From contig JAXDKS010000063.1 in the NCBI GenBank assembly GCA_034666985.1, forward strand, positions 105,226 through 169,225: a DNA stretch of 64,000 nucleotides. Direction: 5' to 3'. A program made the translations under genes and the position numbers. The DNA comes from Acidobacteriota bacterium. Its GTDB lineage: Bacteria > Acidobacteriota > Thermoanaerobaculia > Multivoradales > UBA5704. Every line of letters starts with the position of its first letter. Position 1 is the first letter of the stretch. The notes under the pieces are model-generated. The model searched no databases. It was not told where the DNA came from and saw only the letters and a list, made by a program, of their open reading frames with translations. Below, one piece after another: positions 35,233-45,323 of the stretch.

Positions 35233-35595
35233 TTAATCTTCTATGGAGGTACTGCAAGAGGAAGACTTTGGCATCATCTGGCTAAACTTCATGCCTGCCT
35301 GGTTCACGACCAACTGTACTATGCCACCTTCATCTTCAGGCTCAACACCACAGTTGTGTGTCGCTGTATACTGGGTACCACTCGCGTCAGTGAACTCGAT
35401 ACTCCAGCTATCCGTGTTGCTTGTGCTAGTGGTAAACACCGACGACACGTTAGATGAGTCCCCACTCTCCGGCAGAGAAAAACCTACCGTTGTGTTTCCG
35501 TACTCCGCTGTCCTGTGTTGAGCCTGACCCTCGATCTTGGAATTCCACTGGCTCGTTACTCTAAATCGTGCTTGGTATGGCTCGGCGTTCGTCAT
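35233..35595 (-). CDS. Hypothetical small protein (120 aa), Ser/Thr-rich
   Basis: Strong RBS AAAAGGAGAAGAT precedes the ATG at 35595..35593. Lower-GC region. A sigma-54-like promoter lies upstream on the same strand. Confidence 0.5.
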   Translation of the reverse strand: MTNAEPYQARFRVTSQWNSKIEGQAQHRTAEYGNTTVGFSLPESGDSSNVSSVFTTSTSNTDSWSIEFTDASGTQYTATHNCGVEPEDEGGIVQLVVNQAGMKFSQMMPKSSSCSTSIED

Positions 35596-35706
35596 ATCTT
35601 CTCCTTTTAGAGCTTCGTTAGAGGCCATCTCATAAATCGGGAACGAGGAAAGTGCTTCTGTTTTCGGTTTTCGATCGATCGAATTTCCGCAAGCGGTCTG
35701 GGATAG

Positions 35707-35723
35707 AGCAGGATCGGTGCCAA
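35707..35723 (-). promoter_or_regulatory. Putative sigma-54 (-24/-12) promoter on the minus strand: TGGCACC-GATC-CTGCT
   Basis: Perfect TGGCAC -24 element and a TGC -12 core at the correct 12-nt GG-to-GC spacing. About 110 nt upstream of the 35595 gene, and immediately downstream of the sigma-54 activator gene. Confidence 0.5.
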
Positions 35724-35826
35724 GGGTTCTGCAGCCCGTGGCGGCGCTCCGGACGCGCAAAAAGGTTTTCTTTTCCGTATCCTACCGTTCACACCCGGTG
35801 TGGACGATCGGATACAGGCCCCGGGG

Positions 35827-37761
<1,935 letters not shown>

Positions 37762-37822
37762 CGGTTTCCTTCCGAAGACGGGTCAGAAGACGGGGTCAGT
37801 GTATCCGAATCCTCCGGCTCCC

Positions 37823-37838
37823 TGGCATCGAATATGCT
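37823..37838 (+). promoter_or_regulatory. Putative sigma-54 (-24/-12) promoter: TGGCAT-CGAAT-ATGCT, divergent from the bEBP gene
   Basis: GG and GC dinucleotides at the canonical 12-nt spacing. Lies 80 nt upstream of the ATG at 37918. Confidence 0.55.
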
Positions 37839-37917
37839 CTAGGGGTCTCCGACAGAAAAAACGTTTCGACGGAACGCGGACAGGACGATCCACGGACCTC
37901 CGCGAAAGGAGGAGATC

Positions 37918-38646
37918 ATGCCGGTGCGACAGATCGTGAATGTCAAGTATGACGGAGCCCACCTGACGCTCGATCCGCCCAGCGTGCAGCTCGGACCGGG
38001 GGACTGGGTGGAATGGAGATTCTCGAACGTGCCCGCGGACTGCATCCCATCCATCCAGTTTGAAAAGGACGTTCTCGGGCCCTTCCAGTGCCTGCAGTCG
38101 ATTTCGAACACCACCGTGCAGGGCAAGGGCAACGTCGGCGCGCAGGAGGACGCGCTCTATGCCTATACCGCCCGGCTGCTGGATCTGGTGGGCGTGCGGG
38201 CGAGCTCCGGGGATTCCGCCGGTACCGTCGTGAGCCTGGAGCAGATGCCGAACACGTCGCCGGAGGTCGTGGTCGTCTTCGAGGCGGGTCAGTTGACCGT
38301 GCGGCCCGAGGCGCTCGACCTCTATCCGGGGGATACGGCGACCTGGAACGTATTCGGCCTTCCGCCGGGCCACTCCGTCACCATCCAGTTCGATCCTCTG
38401 GTGATCGGCCAGGATAACCAGGCGGCGATGTTCGAGTCGTTCCTCACCTGCCGGCCGGTGGCGGGGGAGGACCCGCGCATAGTGCAGGTCTGCGGCGTCC
38501 ATTTCAACGATCTCAAGGAGCTGGGTCAGTATTCCTACCGCGTCGCGGTGCGGGATCCGTCCGGCCTTGTCGTGGCGTCGCACGATCCGACGATCGACAA
38601 CCTCGGGCAGCCGGGCCCGCCGGATCCGGACGGTGGAGAGAGCTAG
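37918..38646 (+). CDS. Hypothetical protein with two tandem ~100-aa domains (cupredoxin/Ig-like fold guess)
   Basis: RBS AAAGGAGGAG precedes ATG 37918. An internal repeat is visible (LTLDPPSVQLGPGDWVEWRFSNVP vs LTVRPEALDLYPGDTATWNVFGLP). Confidence 0.55.
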   Translation: MPVRQIVNVKYDGAHLTLDPPSVQLGPGDWVEWRFSNVPADCIPSIQFEKDVLGPFQCLQSISNTTVQGKGNVGAQEDALYAYTARLLDLVGVRASSGDSAGTVVSLEQMPNTSPEVVVVFEAGQLTVRPEALDLYPGDTATWNVFGLPPGHSVTIQFDPLVIGQDNQAAMFESFLTCRPVAGEDPRIVQVCGVHFNDLKELGQYSYRVAVRDPSGLVVASHDPTIDNLGQPGPPDPDGGES

Positions 38647-41291
38647 CGACGCAACATCGCCCGCAGCTCCGGGTCCGTGCCCAGGGGGCCGAAGACGGGG
38701 AGAGTGAACCAGCGCGGCTGGACCCCTTTCTCCAGGGCGAGCCGGGCGTTGACCAGGGCGGAGGCGCGGTCGCCGGCCAGGGCATAGACCAGGGAGGCCT
38801 CATAGAGCGTCTCCGGATCGTCGCCGCTCGCCCGCAGGGTGCCCTGGGTCAGCTCGACCGCCTCCCGCACGCGGCCGAGGTGGACGAGGCACTGCGCGCG
38901 GATCATGCGCTCGGCGGCGGAGAGGCCGCCGGCGCGCTCGGTGGCGGCGAGGCGGTCCAGGGTCTGGGCGTAGTGGCTCCGGGCCTCCTCCCCGCGGCCG
39001 AGGGCCAGCTCGGCGTCCGCCAGGTTGAGGAGCACGGAGACGTGCCCCGGCGCGAGCTCCAGGGCGCGGCGGTACGCCTCAACCGCCGCCTCCGGCCGGC
39101 CGAGCAGCAGGCGGGCGAGCCCGAGATTGGTGTAGTACGAGCGCTGAGGCTGGCGGCGGAGCAGGTCGAGATAGATCCGCTCGGCCCGCGTGGGATCCCC
39201 CTCCAGCAGCTCCAGGTTGCCCAGCTTGTCCAGCCCCCAGATGTTGTCCGGGCCGCGCGCCAGGAGCTCCTCGAGGTGGCGGCGCGCGTCGGCGGTCCGC
39301 CCGGCCTTCATCTCCAGGTCGGCCAGCCGGAAGAGGCTCGACCAATCGGGGGCGTGCTCGACGGCGGTCTTGAGCTCCGCGATCGCCTGCCGGAGGTTTC
39401 CCTGGCTCTCGGCGAGCTTGCCGGCGAGCACGTGGAGCTGGGGATCGCCCGGGGTGGTCGCGGTCAGCGCCGCGAGGGCCCGGCGCGCCTCCTCCGTCCG
39501 GTGCCCCGGCAGGGCGGCGAAGAAGAGGGCCACCAGGGGCCGGGGATCGCCGGGAGCGATCTCACGGGCGGCGCGGGCGGCGGCGAGGGCGCGCTCCAGA
39601 TGGCGGGGATCGTGCGTCGAGGTGAAGAGGCTGGCGGCGACGTGAGAGGTCAGGAGGTGCCCTTCCAGAAAGCGCGGCGAGCTGCGGACGACTTTCTCCA
39701 GCCGGTCGAGCTCGGGCCCCAGGGGGACGCTGCCGCCCTCGAACCGCTCCTTGATCCGCAGGAGCTCGGCGTAGTCGCGGTCGTCCACCTCCAGGGCCGG
39801 CGTGCCGGGGCGGAGGCGCCGCTCGGGCCAGGCGCGCCGGATCTGGACGGCCACCGCGTCGGCCAGCAGCCGGAGGTCCCGGTCCTGCGCGCCGACCGGC
39901 ACGGGGAAGCTGCCCGCCCAGAGCACTCGCCCATCTCGCCCCTGAACGCGCCGTAGCGAGATCTGAGCGCCCCCCGGTCCCCGCGGCTCCATCGTGAGGG
40001 TGAGCACCTCGCCGGCCGCGGCAGTGCGGGCCGCCTCCGCGGGCGAGGTGGCCGGGCCGCTCTGCGCGGGGTCGAGAGGGGAGATGCCGTCGAGCGAGGC
40101 GAGCGCCGAGAGCGCCGCTTCGAGCGCGCCCGCGGACGCCAAGCGGAAATCCTCTCGGGCGCCGGCGGGGACCTTCGGGATCAGGACGGCCACCCGCAGC
40201 GGCGGCGGAGCCTCCTGGCGGACGAGCCGACCGGCGCCGAGGCCGAGGACGATCAGCAGGGCCGCCGCCGCCAGGGCGAGCGCAACCGTACCGGAAAACC
40301 GCCGGAGCTTCGGCGGAGCGTACGACTCACCGGACCCAGCCGGAGGGGGGGCGAACAGGGCGGGGCCGGCCCAGGTGGGCCCCTCGCCGGCCGGCGGTCC
40401 CTCGGGAAGGTCGCTGGGAGAAAGGGCCGCCAGCTCGCGCGCCACCTCGCCGGCGCTCGCCGGCCGTTCCTCGGGCCGCTTGGCCAGCAGCCGGTCCACC
40501 AGGTCTGAGAGCGCCCCAGGGATCTCCGGCCGGCTCTCGCGGACGGGCGGCGGCCGGTGCCCGGCCACGCGCTGCAGGGTCTCCAGGAGATCGCTGCCGC
40601 GGAAGGGGGAGCGGCCGGTCAGCAGCTCATAGAGCAGCACGCCGAGCGAGAAGAGATCGGAGCGGGCGTCGACCTCGCCGCCGCGGGCCTGCTCGGGCGA
40701 CATGGCGTGGAAGGTGCCGAGCACCGCGCCCTCCACGGTGAGCGCCTCCCCCTCTCCCCGGGGAGCGGCGGCCTTGGCAATGCCGAAGTCGAGGATCTTG
40801 GCATGACCGTCCGGGGTGACCATGACGTTCTCGGCCTTGAGATCGCGATGGACGAGCCCGCCGGCGTGGGCCGCCGCGAGCCCCTCGGCGATCTCGCGCC
40901 CCAGCCGCGCGGCGAAGGCGGGCGGGGGGAGCCCCTCCCGCAGCAGCTCGCGCAAGGTGCGCCCCTCGATGTATTCGAAGACGAGGGCATCGCCCGCGGC
41001 GTCCTCCACCAGATCGTAGATCCGCACCACGGCGGGGTGGCTCAACCGCGCCGCCGCTGAGGCCTCGCGGCGGAACCGCTCCCGCTCCTCGGCGGTGGGC
41101 GCCTCGCGCCGGATGCGCTTGAGGGCCACGCGCCGGCCGAGGCGCTCGTCCCAGGCGAGGAACACCTCCCCCATGCCGCCCTGGCCGAGCCGGCGCGCCA
41201 AGCGGTAGGGACCGATGCGGATCGGCTCCGAAGGGGGGTCCGTCGTGGGTCCGGGCTCCGTCATAGGGAGAGATTCCAGGGAGCGGCTCAT
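38643..41291 (-). CDS. Hanks-type Ser/Thr protein kinase with TM and C-terminal TPR-repeat domain
   Basis: YRLARRLGQGGMGEVFLA...VALKRI...LVHRDLKAENVMV...DFGIAK...GTFHAMSPE core. TM TVALALAAAALLIVLGL, then TPR-like repeats. ATG at 41291. Confidence 0.9.
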   Translation of the reverse strand: MSRSLESLPMTEPGPTTDPPSEPIRIGPYRLARRLGQGGMGEVFLAWDERLGRRVALKRIRREAPTAEERERFRREASAAARLSHPAVVRIYDLVEDAAGDALVFEYIEGRTLRELLREGLPPPAFAARLGREIAEGLAAAHAGGLVHRDLKAENVMVTPDGHAKILDFGIAKAAAPRGEGEALTVEGAVLGTFHAMSPEQARGGEVDARSDLFSLGVLLYELLTGRSPFRGSDLLETLQRVAGHRPPPVRESRPEIPGALSDLVDRLLAKRPEERPASAGEVARELAALSPSDLPEGPPAGEGPTWAGPALFAPPPAGSGESYAPPKLRRFSGTVALALAAAALLIVLGLGAGRLVRQEAPPPLRVAVLIPKVPAGAREDFRLASAGALEAALSALASLDGISPLDPAQSGPATSPAEAARTAAAGEVLTLTMEPRGPGGAQISLRRVQGRDGRVLWAGSFPVPVGAQDRDLRLLADAVAVQIRRAWPERRLRPGTPALEVDDRDYAELLRIKERFEGGSVPLGPELDRLEKVVRSSPRFLEGHLLTSHVAASLFTSTHDPRHLERALAAARAAREIAPGDPRPLVALFFAALPGHRTEEARRALAALTATTPGDPQLHVLAGKLAESQGNLRQAIAELKTAVEHAPDWSSLFRLADLEMKAGRTADARRHLEELLARGPDNIWGLDKLGNLELLEGDPTRAERIYLDLLRRQPQRSYYTNLGLARLLLGRPEAAVEAYRRALELAPGHVSVLLNLADAELALGRGEEARSHYAQTLDRLAATERAGGLSAAERMIRAQCLVHLGRVREAVELTQGTLRASGDDPETLYEASLVYALAGDRASALVNARLALEKGVQPRWFTLPVFGPLGTDPELRAMLRR

Positions 41292-41496
41292 TGTAGCTGG
41301 AGAGGAACGCCGTTGATAGGATAGGACGCATTCTCCCCAGCGGAGGGGAGTTCACCGCGGACTTCCCGGCGAGGGTCGAAGCTCCCCAGGTTCACCCACC
41401 AGAACTGGCCGAGCGCCTCCCGCGCCTGCCGCCAAGGAAGCCCTGGCACCTATCCTGGCAGACCACCCATGGTGGATCCTCTGGGGGCCGATGGTA

Positions 41497-41733
41497 TTAC
41501 GGCCAGATTAAGTTTCGGACTGTTACGAGAGCGACGACCAGAGTAAGTGTACCGATCAGAAACATAGTCAATTTCTGAGCAGGAGTTGGATATCTCGTTG
41601 GATAATGGCCCAAGGTCACAACCGCCACTATATATCTACCAATGAAGGAGCCGATGTAGAAAAGTACAAGCCAGAGAAGCTGGAAGATAAACGCGAGAAG
41701 TCCGCCAGGTGCGCTGCCCATAGAGTCCTCCAC
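41497..41733 (-). CDS. Small two-TM membrane protein, hypothetical
   Basis: Two clear hydrophobic helices. Lower-GC island. The start is ambiguous (GTG 41733 or ATG 41721). Confidence 0.35.
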   Translation of the reverse strand: MEDSMGSAPGGLLAFIFQLLWLVLFYIGSFIGRYIVAVVTLGHYPTRYPTPAQKLTMFLIGTLTLVVALVTVRNLIWP

Positions 41734-41854
41734 AGCTTATGGGGAACCATTGTTACCACCCTTGATCCAACATATGGCGGCAAACGCTCAGAAGGTGAGC
41801 GAGCGGGAACCGCGCTTTTTGCGGTTACCGTCCGCTCGACCGTGGAGTTGGGCG

Positions 41855-42469
41855 TCACTGCTTCGACCTCGGGAGGTGAAGCCTCGCCCAGTCTGGCTCA
41901 AATGCCTTGGGCTTCGGTAGAGCATAGACTTCGTCAAGAGAGAGGCCGCGAATGTGTTCCTCGACTAGAGCACGTTGCTGTTCGATAAGAACATCTATTG
42001 CTGCGACGACGGTCCGACAGAGTTCTCTCACTCGCGGCGCGTCCTCGCTTCCGAGGACCATCGAGCGCGCCTGAAGGGTCCCGACGCCCCTGAGCGCTGG
42101 GGCGTCAGGAGGCTCGCGGACGTGAATCGTCACGTGGTTCTCCTCAAGTGCGTTGACCGAATGGGCTACATGCTTATTGCGAACAACGAGAAGGTACGCG
42201 TGCAGTGAACGGAGGTCATCTGAAAGGCCAGCCAAAACTTCATCGCTCAGACGGGCTCGCACACCCGTCGTGAAACAACGAGCGTAGCGGACTGCGATGG
42301 CGGTACTGAGGGCGTCCAACATCACGAGGCTTGTGGGCGATGCAATTTCGACCTCAGCCAGCCGGTCGCAGAAGCCGCTTGCCGCCTCAAGGTCATCCCG
42401 GGCCCCGGTCAGATCGGCGAGCTTTGCCGCTTCATCTGAAGATATGAGTCTGGGTCCCCACGTTGCCAT
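41855..42469 (-). CDS. Hypothetical protein (204 aa), lower-GC island
   Basis: RBS AGGAAA precedes ATG 42469. Protein-like composition, no recognised domain. Confidence 0.5.
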   Translation of the reverse strand: MATWGPRLISSDEAAKLADLTGARDDLEAASGFCDRLAEVEIASPTSLVMLDALSTAIAVRYARCFTTGVRARLSDEVLAGLSDDLRSLHAYLLVVRNKHVAHSVNALEENHVTIHVREPPDAPALRGVGTLQARSMVLGSEDAPRVRELCRTVVAAIDVLIEQQRALVEEHIRGLSLDEVYALPKPKAFEPDWARLHLPRSKQ

Positions 42470-42974
42470 CGTATTTTCCTATTGAGTGACGCCCAACCTA
42501 TGATTCGCCGGCTAAGCATCCAGCCCCTTCGGCTGCCATCTCGTCACTTCCCTTCGTCCAGAAGCGTTGTGTGCCGGCTGTGCTCATCGAGCTAATCTCC
42601 TTGAATTCTTGAGGTTAGACTCAACGTACACCACTTCAGAATGCTCGTCAAGGCAATGCGCTGTGTCGTATAAGCGTCCCAAGAGCCGACTCTTGGTCGG
42701 GTTGCTCAGCCGACAACTTGAGGACTGCCACTCTGAGACGTAAGTGGCGCCAACGATTGGAGATCCTCGGATAACGGCTAGAGCTCTCTTGTCGTATAAG
42801 CGCACCGCAAGAGGGGTGCTGGGGGGCTTAGCCGACAGAGGATCAGTCGCTATGCACTCTCTTCGAGGAAGCCCCTTTAGGCGTAAGGCTCTGAATCCAG
42901 AGAATTTATTCTGAAATCTCAGGTGGCTTATACGACAGCGGCCCTGCCGTATAAGCTCCTCAGAGCGGGCTTTG

Positions 42975-43690
42975 CCGTGAGTCCCGCGACTGCGCCCTGA
43001 GTCATCTGACTTCGGCTTGAGGAAGTTGACGCCGGCCTGAGGAATCTGCCGTCGTCTTGGGGAATCTGCCGTCGCCTTGGAGAAGCCGACATCGGGCTGA
43101 GTCCTCTGCCTTCGTTCTGGGGAATCTGACGCCGGTCTGAGGGATTTGATGCCGGCCTGAGGAAGATGACGCCGCTCTGAGTCCCGAGACTTTGCCGTGA
43201 ATCCCGCGACCACGCCTTGAGTCCTCTGACTTCGCCCTGAGGAAGACGACAACGGTCTGAGGAATCTGCCATCATCTTGGGGGAGTCTGACTTCGTCCTG
43301 AGGAATCCGACAGCCGGCTGAGTCCTTTGACTCCGTTCTGAGGAATCTGACGACGGCCTGAGGAACCTGCCTCCGTCTTGAGGAATCTGACCTCGCCTTG
43401 GGGAAGCCGGCATCGTGCTGAGTCTTCTGCCTTCGTTCTGAGGAATCTGACGCCGCTTTGGAGAAGATGACGGCGCCCTGAGTCCCCCAGACTCTGCCGT
43501 GAGTCCCGCGACTTTGGGCTGAAGAAGATGACGACGGCCTGAGGAAGCCTGCCGCCGTCTGGGGAGTCCGGCCTCGCCCTGGGGAAGCCGGCGCCGTGCT
43601 GAGTCCTTTGACTTCGTGCTGAGGAATCTGACGCCGGTCTGGAGAAGATGACGGCGTCCTGAGTGCCGCGACTTCGGGCTGGGGAAGCTT
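42975..43690. repeat. Tandem array of about 36 degenerate 20-bp direct repeats (consensus approximately CTGAGGAATCTGACGCCGGC) with a 5-unit (100-bp) higher-order periodicity
   Basis: CTGAG/TTGGG recurs at a strict 20-nt phase for more than 30 units. A CTGAGTCC... variant recurs about every fifth unit. All three minus-strand frames are open across it, while the plus strand carries 1-2 TGA per unit. Confidence 0.85.
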
Positions 43691-43734
43691 GCTGCGCGCT
43701 GGATACGACGGATTTGGCGCGGGAGGCCGGGAGC

Positions 43735-43777
43735 CGATATAGAATGAAAAGGGGGAGCGTGCCGCACACGCTCCCCC
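43735..43777 (-). terminator. Rho-independent terminator of the 43788..44171 gene (minus strand)
   Basis: 11-bp perfect stem GGGGGAGCGTG/CACGCTCCCCC, loop UGCGG, followed on the minus strand by TTTTCATTCT. Lies 10 nt after the stop. Confidence 0.75.
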
Positions 43778-43787
43778 GGAAGAGGTA

Positions 43788-44171
43788 CTACGAGTTGGTG
43801 CTGTGAGGAGCCGCCGGCGGGGCCGGCGGCTCCGGCTTCTCCTGCTTCACCTTCTTTCCGCGGAACGGCTGCATACCAAACTCCGCGAGCTTCTCCGAGC
43901 GGAGGCCGTAGTTCTCCGTGAGGAGCCTGCTGATCCCGGTCGCCAACCGCTGACCCTCGTTGACCAGCGTCTTGAGACGCTTCGAGGCGTCCTGCTTGCT
44001 GGCCACGAAGGCCGCCTGCTGTTTGGCGACCTCCTGCGCGTCACCCACCACCTTGTCGAGCCGGAGGCGGGGTCCCTCCAGGTGCGCGAGCTCCGGGGCG
44101 TTCGCGGCCAAGGCCGCCGTGAATCGCGCCAGGCTGCCCAGCTTTCCTGCGTTCATCGTCTCTCTTGCCAT
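43788..44171 (-). CDS. Hypothetical protein (127 aa)
   Basis: Strong RBS AAGGAGA lies 8 nt before the ATG at 44171, and a clean terminator follows. No recognised domain. Confidence 0.6.
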   Translation of the reverse strand: MARETMNAGKLGSLARFTAALAANAPELAHLEGPRLRLDKVVGDAQEVAKQQAAFVASKQDASKRLKTLVNEGQRLATGISRLLTENYGLRSEKLAEFGMQPFRGKKVKQEKPEPPAPPAAPHSTNS

Positions 44172-44456
44172 GGGACTTCTCCTTTCTTGAATGGACCCGC
44201 TCGAACCTGGGCCGCCTGAGCCTCCACGACGACCGCGGAGGTGTCCTTCAGGTACGTTCCCAGTTCAGCGAGACCATGCGCATGATGGACCAACGATTCT
44301 CAATAGTCAACTGTTGGTGGAAATGTTTCTAGCAGATTGCTTCTCCAGAGTCACTGTTGCTATGGTGCTGAGAGACGGCGTCTCTCCTCGACCGCACCCG
44401 AGTTTCGTCACGAGGGATTTTTGCTCCCAGACCGGTGTTCTGCTAGGATCTCTGAC

Positions 44457-45296
44457 ATGGATGACTCCCGTCCCTCCTACGACCTCAAAGCCCCCGGCGC
44501 CTCGGGCCAGTCCCTGCGCTTGCCGGGCCAGCGCTCCTTCCCTCCTCTCGACGAGCACCTGGTCGAGCCCGAGGTGACACGCGACGAGATCATTGGCGGC
44601 CGGCGGGTGGTCGCCATGCCGGCCAAGGAGCCCCATGCCACCCGGCAATTCACGCTCGACTACGTCTTGGCGCCTCATATCGCCCCCGGATACGTCGGGG
44701 CGGCGGACCTGCTGACCCGCGTCGATGTCGATTCGGATTTCGCCAGCGACGCCTGCGTGTACAAGGACGAGGTCGATCCGCAGACCGGCACCCGCTACCT
44801 GGAGGAGATCGTCTTCGAGGTGGTCTCGGAGCAGAACGAGCGGGACGTTACGGAGAAGGCCCTGAGGATGCACCGGCGGGGAGTGCGGCGGATCTTTGCG
44901 ATTTTCGTCAAGGGCGAGCGGCGGGTCTGCGAGTGGTGTGCTGACACTCGGAGCTGGCGTCTCCTGGATCCCTCCTCTTACGTCGAAGACCCCTGCCTCG
45001 AGGTGCCGCTGCGGGTCGCTGCTCTGCTCGACGCGGCGGCGGCGAACCAGGCCGTGGTCGAGGCGCTGGCCGCCCAGGGCGATCCGACGATCCGGAGACG
45101 GGAAGACGCGGCGAGGAGCGAGGGGGAAGCCAGGGGCAGGTCGAAGACCATTCTTCAAGTCCTAGAGGCTCGCGGCATCGCCGTCAGCCCGTCTCAGCGG
45201 GAGGAGATCCTGCGCTGTGACGACCTCGACCGGTTGGACCGCTGGGCGCACCGGGCCGCCCTGGCTCCCTCGGCGGCCGAAGTCCTCACGGAGTAA
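44457..45296 (+). CDS. Uma2/DUF820-like PD-(D/E)xK nuclease-fold protein with a C-terminal DUF4351-like tail
   Basis: The core EPEVTRDEIIGG...EEIVFEVVSEQNERDVTEKALRMHRRGVRRIFAIF resembles the Uma2 family. The C-terminal ...SKTILQVLEARGIAVSPSQREEILRCDDLDRLDRWAHRAALAPSAAEVL matches the DUF4351 tail seen on Rpn/YhgA- and Uma2-type proteins. Confidence 0.65.
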   Translation: MDDSRPSYDLKAPGASGQSLRLPGQRSFPPLDEHLVEPEVTRDEIIGGRRVVAMPAKEPHATRQFTLDYVLAPHIAPGYVGAADLLTRVDVDSDFASDACVYKDEVDPQTGTRYLEEIVFEVVSEQNERDVTEKALRMHRRGVRRIFAIFVKGERRVCEWCADTRSWRLLDPSSYVEDPCLEVPLRVAALLDAAAANQAVVEALAAQGDPTIRRREDAARSEGEARGRSKTILQVLEARGIAVSPSQREEILRCDDLDRLDRWAHRAALAPSAAEVLTE

Positions 45297-45323
45297 CGGT
45301 TCGTCGTACCCGGTCGTACCCGA

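Noticed and set aside
41292-41500. Searched for tRNA or attachment sites at island borders (also 31875-31998 and 44172-44456)
   Set aside because: No cloverleaf-compatible sequence or GTTCGAATC-type T-loop was recognised by eye. This needs confirmation with tRNAscan or ARAGORN.
41605-41988. Plus-strand ORF (127 aa) overlapping the small minus-strand membrane-protein ORF
   Set aside because: It has no RBS or domain features. The minus-strand ORF has two clean TM helices. Both remain low confidence.
42975-43690. CRISPR array interpretation of the tandem repeats
   Set aside because: There are no unique spacers between repeats. The units are contiguous, degenerate 20-mers. No cas genes are in the window.
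42584-43769. Three overlapping minus-strand ORFs (42584..43252, 42928..43767, 43272..43769) as a repeat-protein gene
   Set aside because: The DNA repeat period is 20 nt, not a multiple of 3. All three frames are open simply because the unit lacks stop codons on this strand. Two of the ORFs would have to initiate inside the terminator hairpin of the upstream gene. A repeat-protein remains a minority hypothesis.
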